Assembly (NCBI RefSeq): GCF_006345805.1
Contig: NW_021836479.1
Span: 1 to 26,997, forward strand
Origin: Octopus sinensis
Taxonomy: Eukaryota
Reading direction: 5' to 3'
Length of the DNA: 26,997 bases
A program made the translations under genes and the position numbers. The stretch's first letter is position 1; each line of letters starts with the position of its first letter. Positions 1 to 9,420 of the stretch are shown here, piece by piece. The notes beneath the pieces were generated by a model. The model was not told the origin of the DNA. It searched no databases and saw only the letters and a list, made by a program, of their open reading frames with translations.

Positions 1-407
1 ATAGAGAGAGAGATAGAAACAGACAGAGAGATAGATGTACATATAGAAGAAGAGAGACAGTGAGACAGAGAGAGAGAGGAGAGATATAGATAGACATGCA
101 TAGAGACAAGGAGAGAGAGAGAGACAGACAGAGAGAGAGATAGAAGGGGAGGTAGACAGATAGAGAGAGCAAGAGAGAGAGGGGGACAGACAGATATACA
201 GAGAGAGAGACAAAGAAAGTTAGAGAGGGAGAGATGTACATACAGATGAACAAGGAGAGAAAGAGAGGGAGAGATAGACAGATAGGGAGAGAGAGGGAGA
301 GATAGAGAGAGACAGACAGAGATGTACATACAAATGAACAAGGGGGGAGAGAGAGAGAGGGAGAGATAGATAGACAGATAGATAGAGAGAGAGAGGGTGA
401 GATAGAC

Positions 408-439
<32 letters not shown>

Positions 440-445
440 GTAAGT
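1..445. repeat. GA/GACA/GATA-rich compound microsatellite
   Basis: Continuous (GA)n, (GACA)n and (GATA)n runs. Confidence 0.95.
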
Positions 446-754
446 AGATGGTTGATAAGAAGATTGTGTATGTTGCTACTGAAAGCAAAAGAAACAATTT
501 AATCAAAGATGAAGGCTATTACTGTATTAGTGGAGATAGTGATTGATTTTATCACTGTATCAATATATTGATTTATTGATCTGTTAGGTTAATATATTTA
601 AATTTCGCTGTTGTTCGCTTGTTTGGAAGCAAATGGAACATCAAGTCAACGACCAGGCCGGAAGATGACCGACAAAACACTTCGCATTCTTTCACAATGC
701 TTTATCATGATCATGATGATGATGATGTGTTATAATGATATTAATAATAGTAAT

Positions 755-1051
755 GGAGGCGCAATGGCCCAGTGGTTAGGGCAGCAGACTCGCGGTTGGA
801 GGATCGCGGTTTCGATTCCCAGACCGGGCATTATGTGTGTTTATTGAGCGAAAACATCAAAAGCTCCACAAGGCTCTGGCAGGGAGTGGTGGCGACCCCC
901 TGTTGTACTCTTTCGCCCCAACTTTCTCTCACTCTTTCTTCCTGTATCTTGACTAACACTGCGATGGACTGGCATCCCGTCCAGCTGGGGGGAACACATA
1001 CGCCATAGAAACCAGGAAACTGGGCCCATGAGCCTGGCTAGGCTTGAAATG
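755..1051 (+). mobile_element. tRNA-derived SINE, family A, copy 1
   Basis: Head GGAGGCGCAATGGCCCAGTGGTTAGGGC (Pol III A box) and GGTTTCGATTCC (B box-like). Body is shared with 1096-1400 and 4398-4706. Confidence 0.85.
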
Positions 1052-1095
1052 ATAATGATGATGATGATGATTATAATAATATTAATAATAGTAAT

Positions 1096-1400
1096 GGAGG
1101 CGCAATGGCCCAGTGGTTAGGGCAGCAGACTCGCGGTTGGAGGATCGCGGTTTCGGTTCCCAGACCGGGCGTTGTGTTTGTTTATTGAGCGAAAACACCT
1201 AAAAGCTCCATGAGGCTCCGGCAGGGGGTGGTGGTGACCCCTTCTTGTACTCTTTCGCCACAACTTTCTCTCACTCTCTCTTCCTGCTTCTTGAGTAACG
1301 CTGCGATGGACTGGCATCCCGTCAAGCTGGGGGTAACACATACGCCATAGAACCTGGGAAACCGGGCCCATGAGCCTGGCTAGGGTTGAAAAGGGCACAT
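1096..1400 (+). mobile_element. tRNA-derived SINE, family A, copy 2 (tandem with copy 1)
   Basis: Near-identical to 755-1051 with a longer 3' end, followed by (AAT)n. Confidence 0.85.
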
Positions 1401-1409
1401 GAATACATA

Positions 1410-1608
1410 AAATAATAATAATGATAATAACGATGATGATGATGATAATAATGATAATGATAATAATAATTATACTGATAAAAATAATAATAATAATAAT
1501 AATAATGATAATAATAATGATAATAATAATAATAACAATAATAATAATATCAATAATAATAATAATAATAATAATGATAATAATAATAATAACAATAATA
1601 ATAATATC

Positions 1609-1640
<32 letters not shown>

Positions 1641-1775
1641 TAATAATAATAATAACAATAATAATAATATCAATAATAATAATATCAATAACAATAATAA
1701 TGTTAAAATAATGATGATGATGATAATAATAATGAAAATAATAATGTTAATGATAACGATAATGATAATAACAAT
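1410..1775. repeat. (AAT)n/(GAT)n microsatellite
   Basis: Long AAT run with GAT, AAC and ATC interruptions. It produces the poly-Ile and poly-Leu ORFs. Confidence 0.95.
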
Positions 1776-2028
1776 AACTTGTCTGTTAATAGATATGTCT
1801 GTCCCATAGATATGTCTGTGCAATGGCCATAACGAGGGGGCAGCCATCATATATATATACATAAATATGCATGTGTATCGTAGCACTTAAGCCTCCACAT
1901 TTTTGTTGATTTCAGTTTTCAGATAGCACCTACATTTCTAGGAACAAGAGCTAAAAGCTCTCAGGGCCCCAAAGAAGCACATGTCTATCTGCTGACAAGG
2001 GAACCAACTGTCCCAGAGAGTAAGAGAG

Positions 2029-2079
2029 ATCATCCTACGAGAATTGTAGTTTCGCTTGAAATTAAAGCTCATCAGTGAT
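2029..2079 (-). ncRNA. Type I hammerhead ribozyme-like motif (U16.1 substituted by G)
   Basis: Minus strand reads ATCA-CTGATGA-GCTT(TAATTTC)AAGC-GAA-A-CTAC(AATTCTC)GTAG-G-A-TGAT. All three 4-bp stems pair, and CUGAUGA and GAAA are intact. The cleavage triplet is GGA rather than NUH. Confidence 0.6.
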
Positions 2080-2439
2080 ACACACCCCTCCAACCCTGAA
2101 GGGTCTGGTCAAATTCCAACGGTCAGCAGTCGATAGCATTTACCACAGGAATCAATGAATGATTCCACAAGATCATTATGGGGGAAATTATGAAATAACG
2201 AAGGCAGCTAAAAGCAATTTAAAACCAAAAACGAAGAATTCGATCGTTATTAATTGTGAATAACGGTGCAGAATGAATGGCCCCTGCATTGCGAGACTTG
2301 TTCTACTTTGCAGCTAAGAGGGTTATTAACTCTTATTTCTAGCAATGTTGGTGCTGCCCAACAACATCTGCCACCATTAGTGACAATTGAATTTTCCCAT
2401 TTTCGTTTTATATTCCTCATAGTTGCCTTCATTATTTTA

Positions 2440-2617
2440 TATACACCCATACATATGTGTGTGTGTGTATATATATGTACATATATGTATATATATATGT
2501 ATATATATGTGTGTGTATATATACATGTATATGTGTGTGTGTATATATATTTACATACATGGATATATATATATATATATATGTGTGTGTATATATACAT
2601 ATATATGTGTGTTTGTG

Positions 2618-2652
<35 letters not shown>

Positions 2653-2800
2653 ATGTGTGTGTGTATACATGTATATGTGTGTGTGTATATATATTTACAT
2701 ACATGGATATATATATAAATATATATGTGTGTGTATATATACATATATATAAATGTGTATATATATATATATATATATGTACATATATGGATATATATAT

Positions 2801-2836
<36 letters not shown>

Positions 2837-2981
2837 GTATATATATGTATGTATATGTATATATATGTATGTATATGTATAGATATGTGTGTATATATAT
2901 AGATATGTGTGTATATATATATATATATATGTGTTTGTGTATATATGTACATAAATGGATGTATATATATATAAATATATA

Positions 2982-3023
<42 letters not shown>

Positions 3024-3045
3024 TGTATGTATATGAATTGTATTC
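2440..3045. repeat. (TA)n/(TG)n/(TATG)n compound microsatellite
   Basis: Direct inspection. It is the source of the Y/I/V/C/H-rich ORFs. Confidence 0.95.
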
Positions 3046-3291
3046 TTACCTCCCTCAGTCAGCCTAATTAACTTATAAAACATTCAACGTAGATTTATTG
3101 AGCACTTTAGCTAGATTCCTGCTTTTAACATACATTCCAGACATGTGTGTGTGTATATATATTTACATATATACACTTCACTCTGGCTGCAGTAAAACTT
3201 TGTTTATTTGTCAATAAATTCCAGTGGTAAATCTACGAAGCAACTTGGAATTGTGCAATGATACAATAAAATGTGTGTGTGTGTGTGATGA

Positions 3292-3455
3292 GAGGTGTGG
3301 CTGTGTGGTAAGAAGCTTGCTTTCAAACCACATGGTTGCAGGTTCAGTCCCACTGCATGTCACCTTGGGCAAGTCTCTTCTACTATAGCCTTAGGCCAAC
3401 TAAAACCATGTGAGTGGATTTAGCAGATAGAAAGTGGAAGAAGCATGTCAGGTGT
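3292..3455 (+). mobile_element. tRNA-derived SINE, family B, 5' part
   Basis: GGCTGTGTGGTAAGAAGCTTGC...GGTTCAGTCCCACTGC...CACCTTGGGCAAG, shared with many copies in the window. Confidence 0.85.
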
Positions 3456-3484
3456 GTATATGTATATATATATATATATATATA

Positions 3485-3611
3485 ATTTAAAATTTAATAA
3501 GGGTAGAAATTAATATTAATTAATTAAAACCAGTGGCCCAGCATTTTTTTAATATGCTGGGCCACTGGTTTTAATTGATTAATATCAATTTCTACCCTTA
3601 TTAAATTTTAA

Positions 3612-3613
<2 letters not shown>
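3485..3613. repeat. Long palindrome (60-bp arms, 2 mismatches, 9-nt spacer) between TA arrays
   Basis: 3485-3544 is the reverse complement of 3554-3613 except at two positions. Confidence 0.95.
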
Positions 3614-3642
<29 letters not shown>

Positions 3643-3660
3643 GTGTGTGTGTGTGTGTGT

Positions 3661-3739
3661 CCTTTACTATAGCCTTGGGTCAACAAAAGCCTTGTGAGTG
3701 AGTTTGGTAGATGGAACAGAAAGAAGCCCGTTGTGTATA
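3661..3739 (+). mobile_element. SINE family B fragment
   Basis: TACTATAGCCTTGGG...GCCTTGTGAGTG...GGTAGA...GAAAGAAGCCCG matches the family B body. Confidence 0.75.
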
Positions 3740-3820
3740 TATTGAGCCATGCCATAAATAATGTGTTTTTTTTTTATACATCTTTTATTTTTCAAAATTT
3801 AGATTAACAAAGTTCGTTTT

Positions 3821-4775
3821 TTAATTTGAAATATATTCTCCTTCATTTTCTACAATGCTCTTCCATCTATCTGCTAGACTTGCAAGGCCCCTTTTCCAAA
3901 ATTCACTTGTCCCTGACGAAAAATACTCTTCCAGTACAGAATTCATAGTTTTCCCATCCAAATGATTTTGAAGACAGCAAAATAAATGATAATGAAATGA
4001 GGTAATGTCTGGCGAATATGGTGGGTGGGGCATCGTTTCCCATTCGAGCAGCTCCAGCCTTTGGAATGTCATCCTCGTTGTATGGAGCCAAGCATTATCC
4101 TGATGGAAGAACACCTTTCATCTTGAAACCAAAGATGGTCGTTTTTCTTTTAGCGTTGACTTGAATAATTAGTTGAATGACCAAATCCACACTTCTCTGC
4201 TACTTCCTCAACATCTGAGATGGGATTTTGTTCCACCAGGGTTTACAAGACATCCTCTTTGAGCTCTACAGATCTTTCAGGTTGAGGTTCATCTTCTAGG
4301 CTGTAGTTTCCGGAACCACCTTTGACGTTGACTTACGCTTATTGCCTGGTCCCCTTTACATTGCATTAATATTCCTCACACTCTCCATTGCGGTGTTTTT
4401 TGTTGTTTGTTCCTTCCCAAGCCATGCCTGGCTCATAAGGGCCAGTTTCCCAGTTTCCTTGGCGTAAAGGTTCCCCACCTGGACGGGACGCCGGTCCCTC
4501 GCAGGTGAGCTGCAAGATGCAGGAGGAAAGAGTGAGAGAAAGTTGTGGTGAAAGAGTCAGCAGAAGTGTTGCCATTACCTTCTGCCGGAGCCGTGTGTAG
4601 CTTAGGTGTTTCGCTCATAAACACACACATCGCCCGGTCTGAGATTCGAACCCGCGATCCCTCCACCGCGAGTCTGCTGCTCTAACCACTAGGCCATGGG
4701 CCTCCACATTGTGGTGTTGCCTTTATTGAACTCCTAAAGCAAAATATACTGAATATACTCCTTTGTCACTTCCAC
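3821..4775 (-). pseudogene. Disrupted mariner transposase
   Basis: Manual translation of the N-terminus gives EVTKEYIQYILL*EFNKGNT / ESVRNINA / GDQAISVSQRQRWFRK / GNYSLEDEPQPERSVELKEDVL*TLVEQNP..GHST (HTH region). The C-terminus gives LKEKRPSLVSR*KVFFHQDNAWLH..PHPPYSPDITSFHYHLF (HDNARPH-like and YSPDLAP-like motifs). It has stops, frameshifts, a central deletion and a SINE insertion. Confidence 0.9.
4398..4706 (-). mobile_element. SINE family A, nested in the mariner with a 12-bp TSD
   Basis: Reverse complement of the family A head and body. Flanked by CATTGCGGTGTT (4386-4397) and CATTGTGGTGTT (4707-4718). Confidence 0.9.
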
Positions 4776-5065
4776 TACAGCTTTGAAAAAATAACTTAAA
4801 ATCGAACTGCACTCTTCAAAACTGGCACCAAGAATAAGCACAAGGTAAAATTACTACCTGCTTCCTGTCCCCCCCTCTGACTTTTAGTTCATGCAACTGA
4901 AAAACCACATTATTTATGGGATGGCCCAATAAACATGTTCCATGACACAAATAAAATATTTTTTTGAATGCAGGAACTCTGAGCAAATTACCATTAATTA
5001 AAATTAATTTTAATTAATAGTAATTTACCCAGTGTTAACATTACAAAGCAGAAAAAATTGTCAAC

Positions 5066-5139
5066 AACCAACCATGGGACTTGAACCTACATCCTTCAAA
5101 GATTCCAGCTGAGTGCTTTAACCATTAAGCCAAATTTTG
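5066..5139 (-). pseudogene. tRNA-like sequence (tRNA pseudogene or SINE head)
   Basis: Minus strand reads TGGCTTAATGGTTAAAGC-A-CTCAG-CTGGAAT-CTTTG...GGTTCAAGTCC. A box (5122-5132), D stem and B box (5077-5087) are present. Acceptor and anticodon stems are imperfect. Confidence 0.6.
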
Positions 5140-5334
5140 TGGTATCTACACTTACAAGTAGATATAGCGTAGTGTGTGATCTGAGGTATACTCAGCTGCT
5201 ATCTGTCATCTGAAAAACTACTCAGAGTGAATTCTCTCGTTTGCATTTCTGCTCCTGTTGATTGAAGGTCTTAATTAATTTAATTAATTTATTCTACAAT
5301 TAATTAGTGACCAGAAACAATTTGCATGTGTTAC

Positions 5335-5974
5335 TTTGTGTGTGTGTTTTTTTTTGTTGATTCTGTCGGTACACACACACACACACATGCACACATGCAC
5401 ACACACATACACACATGCACACACACATACACACATGCACACACACATACACACATGCACACACATATGCACACACACATACACACATGCACACACACAC
5501 ACACACACACACATGCACACACACACACATGCACACACACATACACACATGCACACACACATGCACACACACATACACACATGCACACACACATGCACAC
5601 ACACACACACATACACACATGCACACACACACACATGCACACACACACACACATGCACACACACATACACATGCACACACACACACACACACATGCACAC
5701 ACACATACACACATGCACACACACATGCACACACACATACACACATGCACACACACATGCACACACACACATGCACATACACATACACACATATATATAC
5801 ATACAAACATGTATACATACATTTATGTATATATGTATATATAATTGCATGTATATACACCCATGATTATATAAGGCTGCATATAACAGTAATATATATT
5901 CCTATTTGTATATATATGTATGTGCATATATGTGTGTGTGTATATGTGTTTATATATATATATATATGTATATG

Positions 5975-6021
<47 letters not shown>

Positions 6022-6135
6022 GTATTTATATATATGTGTGTATATATATATATATCATCTTATGTGTGTGTGTATACTTACGTGTGTATGTATATATCTA
6101 TATGTATGTATGCATACCTGTGGATGTGTGTATAG

Positions 6136-6166
<31 letters not shown>

Positions 6167-6250
6167 TATATATACACACACATATATATACATATATCAC
6201 ATAGACGCCCACACACACACACACGCATGCAGGCCTTCACATATATATGT
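5335..6250. repeat. (CA)n with periodic TG/TA interruptions, then (TA)n/(TG)n
   Basis: Direct inspection. It is the source of the His/Thr- and Cys/Val-rich ORFs. Confidence 0.95.
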
Positions 6251-6386
6251 ATACATGCAGACACACAGACATACCCCCTCCCCTCATATCTCCCCCCCCA
6301 CCTCCCCATCCCCCCTCATTCGCTTCGTTTCTCTTAATTCTTCAATTAATTGTTACCGGATGATTTGCTTCTTAATCACGTGCTGT

Positions 6387-7245
6387 AACCACCACCACCA
6401 CCGCCACCGCCAATACAGCCACAATGCCCAGCACTGTCATTACTACCACCACCACCACCACCACCACAACTACTACTACTACCACCACCACCACCACCAC
6501 TACTACTACTACTACCATCACCACCACCACCACTACTGCTACTACTACTACCATCACTACTACTACTACTACTACCACCACCACCACCACCACTACTACT
6601 ACTACTACCATCACCACCACCACTACTGCTACTACTACTACCATCACTACTACTACTACTACCACCACCACCACCACTACTACTACTACTACCATCACCA
6701 CCACCACTACTGCTACTACTACTACCACTACTACCACCACCACCACCACTGCTACTGCTAATACTACTACTACTACTACCACTACCACTGCTGTCACCAT
6801 GACTACTACTTCTACTGGTACTACCACCACCACCACTTCCACCATCACCACCACCACTTCTACCACCACTACCATTGCTATCACCATGACTACTACTACT
6901 ACTGCTACTACTACCACCACCACTACCACCACCAAAGCTACTTCTACTGGTACTACTACCACCACACTACCACCACCACCACTACCACTGCTATCACCAT
7001 GACTACTACTACTACCACCAAAGCTACTTCTACTGGTACTACCACCACCACCACTGCTATCACCATGACTACTACTAACTACTACCACCAAAGCTACTTC
7101 TACTGGTACTACCACCACCACCACTGCTATTATCATTACTACTACTACTACTGCTGCTGCTACTGCTACCACCACCAAAGCTACTTCTACTGGTACCACT
7201 TCCACCACTACCACCACCACCACCACTACAGCCTCTACTACCACT
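6387..7245. repeat. (ACC)n/(ACT)n trinucleotide array with higher-order units
   Basis: ACC and ACT runs. The motif AAAGCTACTTCTACTGGTAC recurs four times in the 3' half. Confidence 0.9.
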
Positions 7246-7685
7246 CAGTCTGGAAGTGAAAACCTTGTCATGCACCAAACTCTCGTCGATCAAGTGGAAC
7301 GCAACTTAATCATCTTTTTCCCTTCTTCACAAAAACTCATCTCCAAGCAACCCCCACCCCACCCCGCCCACCGCATGCCGTTCCCCCCTCGCCCCTCCCC
7401 CTCGTCGACCTTTTTGTCTAGTTTCAAGTCCAATAATTAACTTTTTTTTGGTGTTTAATGAGCAAAAAGTCGGAAGGGTGGGGTTGGGTGGTGTGGGGGA
7501 ATTTTACAAGTTTGTCGCTTGAGTGGCAACGAAGGAGGAGGCGCGGGCCTCCTCCTCATCCTCCTCCTCCTTTTATTGTTGTCGTCATCGTCATCAATTG
7601 CTGCAAACGAATGCTACAAGTTTCATCTTCTTCGTAGTCATCGTCAGCTGTGAGTATCTCTTTTCCACGAAGACAACATATCGTC

Positions 7686-7786
7686 TTCATCATCATCACA
7701 CCATCATCACCACCATCATCACCATCATCACCACCATCATCACCACCATCACCACCATCATCACCACCATCATCACCACCATCATG

Positions 7787-7844
<58 letters not shown>

Positions 7845-8047
7845 CCATCATCACCACCACCATCATCATCATCATCATCATTATCATCATCATCATCTCC
7901 ACCATCATTATCATCATCATTATCACCATCATCATCACCACCAACATCATCACCATCATTATAATCATCATCATCAACGCCACCACCATCATCATTATCA
8001 CCACCATCATCATCACCATCATCATCACCACCACCATCATCATCATC
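7686..8047. repeat. (CAT)n/(CAC)n microsatellite
   Basis: Direct inspection. Confidence 0.95.
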
Positions 8048-8050
8048 AGA

Positions 8051-8660
8051 GGGGGTGAGCTGGCAGAATCATTAGCATGCTGAATGAAATGCTTAATGGT
8101 ATTTTGTCTGTCTTTACGTTCTGAGTTCAAATTCCGCCGAAGTCGACTTTGCCTTTCATCCTTTCGGGGTCGATAAATAAAGTACCAGTTATGCACTGGG
8201 GTCGATGTAATCGACTTAATCTGTTTGTATGTCCTTGTTTGTCCCCTCAGTGTTTAGCCCCTTGTGGGTAGTAAAGAAATAAGAAACGTTAGCACGCCGG
8301 GCGAAATGCTTAGCAGTATTTCGTCTGCCGTTACGTTCTGTGTTCAAATTCCACCGAGGTTGACTTTGCCTTTCATCCTTTCGGGGTCGATTAAATAATT
8401 ATTCACGACTTAATCCGTTTGTCTGTCCTTGTTTGTCCTCTCTGTGTTTAGCCCCTTGTCGGTACTAAAGAAATAGGTATTTCGTCTGCTGTTACGTTCT
8501 GAGTTCAAATTCTGCCGAGGTCAACTTTGCCTTTCGGGGGTCAATAAATTAAGTACCATTTGCATACTGCAATCAATCTAATTTACTAGTCCCCTCCTAC
8601 AAAGTTTCAGGTTTTGTGCTTACAGTAAAAACGATTATTATTATTATTATTATTATCATC
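8051..8660 (+). mobile_element. SINE family C, three head-to-tail units ending in an (ATT)n tail
   Basis: GGTGAGCTGGCAGAATC.TTAGCA...GTTCAAATTCCGCCGA.GTCGACTTTGCCTTTCATCC. The core recurs at about 8115, 8335 and 8495. Confidence 0.8.
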
Positions 8661-9145
8661 TTTTTTCTCTTCTTTCAAATTTGCTTCCATTTCTTGCCGA
8701 GTGTCTTCCCGACTCCTAGGGCAAAGAAACTCATAGTATACATTGGTAGGCCATTAAACCAAACTCAGTAGTTCGTTCATTTTTTTTTTTTTTTTTTTAA
8801 AGTTAAATTAAAATACAGGGGTAGTAATAGTTCTCACATCGACAATGCTCTTCTCAATACGTGTGATGTACCAGTTAAGACAATCTTTTGCACTTCTTGC
8901 AGGGATGGTAAGCCAGGGATCATTCTCATATAATTTTCGGTTCCCTTCTTGATCATTCCTAGTGCTCCTACGATCACTGGTATTGTAACCGCCTTGAGAT
9001 GCCACATTTTCTCAATTTCAATGAGCAGGTCTTTATATTTTCTAAGTTTGTCAAACTCTTTCGCTGAGATATTATGATCACAGGGAATGCTCATGTCGAT
9101 CAATAAGCAAACTTTATTGTTTTGGTCTTTCACAACAATATCTGG

Positions 9146-9148
<3 letters not shown>
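8661..9148 (-). mobile_element. 5'-truncated R4/Dong-clade non-LTR retrotransposon (restriction-like endonuclease C-terminus plus 3' UTR)
   Basis: Minus-strand translation KPDIVVKDQNNKVCLLIDMSIPCDHNISAKEFDKLRKYKDLLIEIEKMW...IVLTGTSHVLRRALSM* fits the PD..D..K..KY RLE pattern. (TAA)n lies on both sides. Confidence 0.8.
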
Positions 9149-9189
<41 letters not shown>

Positions 9190-9202
9190 CATCTTCAACA
9201 AA

Positions 9203-9420
9203 GGCTGTGAGCTGGCAGAAATGTTAGCATGCCGGGCGAAATGCTTAGCGGAATTTTGTCTATCTTTATGTTCTGAGTTCAAATTCTGCCGAGGTCGGCT
9301 TTGCCTTTCATATCTTTCAGGGTCAATAAATTAAGTACTAGTTGCATACTGGGGTCGATATAATCGACTGCCCCTCTCTTCAAAATTTCGGGACTTGTAC
9401 CTAGAATAGAAAAGAAAAGA
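9203..9420 (+). mobile_element. SINE family C
   Basis: GTGAGCTGGCAGAAATGTTAGCATGCCGGGCGAAATGCTTAGC...GTTCAAATTC..CCGAGGTCG. Confidence 0.8.

Larger units (their letters stand above)
3742..4929 (-). mobile_element. Mariner (Tc1/mariner) DNA transposon, internally deleted, with both TIRs and TA TSDs
   Basis: Left end is TA|TTGAGCCATGCCATAAATAATGTGTTTTT. Right end is AAAAACCACATTATTTATGGGATGGCCCAA|TA. Transposase remnants lie between them. Confidence 0.9.

Noticed and set aside
755-830. Functional tRNA genes at the SINE heads
   Set aside because: A and B boxes are present, but there is no complete cloverleaf and each continues into a shared SINE body.
1923-2019. Possible 97-nt exon (TTTTCAG acceptor, GTAAGA donor, frame IAPTFLGTRAKSSQGPKEAHVYLLTREPTVPE)
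   Set aside because: No recognisable protein and no partner exons. Such signals arise by chance, so RNA-seq would be needed.
1421-3083. Long poly-Ile/Leu and Tyr/Ile/His/Val/Cys ORFs
   Set aside because: They are translations of AAT and TA/TG microsatellites, open in several frames on both strands.
5284-7293. His/Thr, Cys/Val and poly-Val/Thr ORFs up to 448 aa
   Set aside because: They derive from CA/TG and ACC/ACT repeats, and the Thr frame is frameshifted.
7560-7700. Acidic peptide DDDYEEDETC on the minus strand after an acceptor-like ACTCACAG
   Set aside because: Short, ends in a stop within about 30 codons, and is adjacent to GAT-type low complexity.
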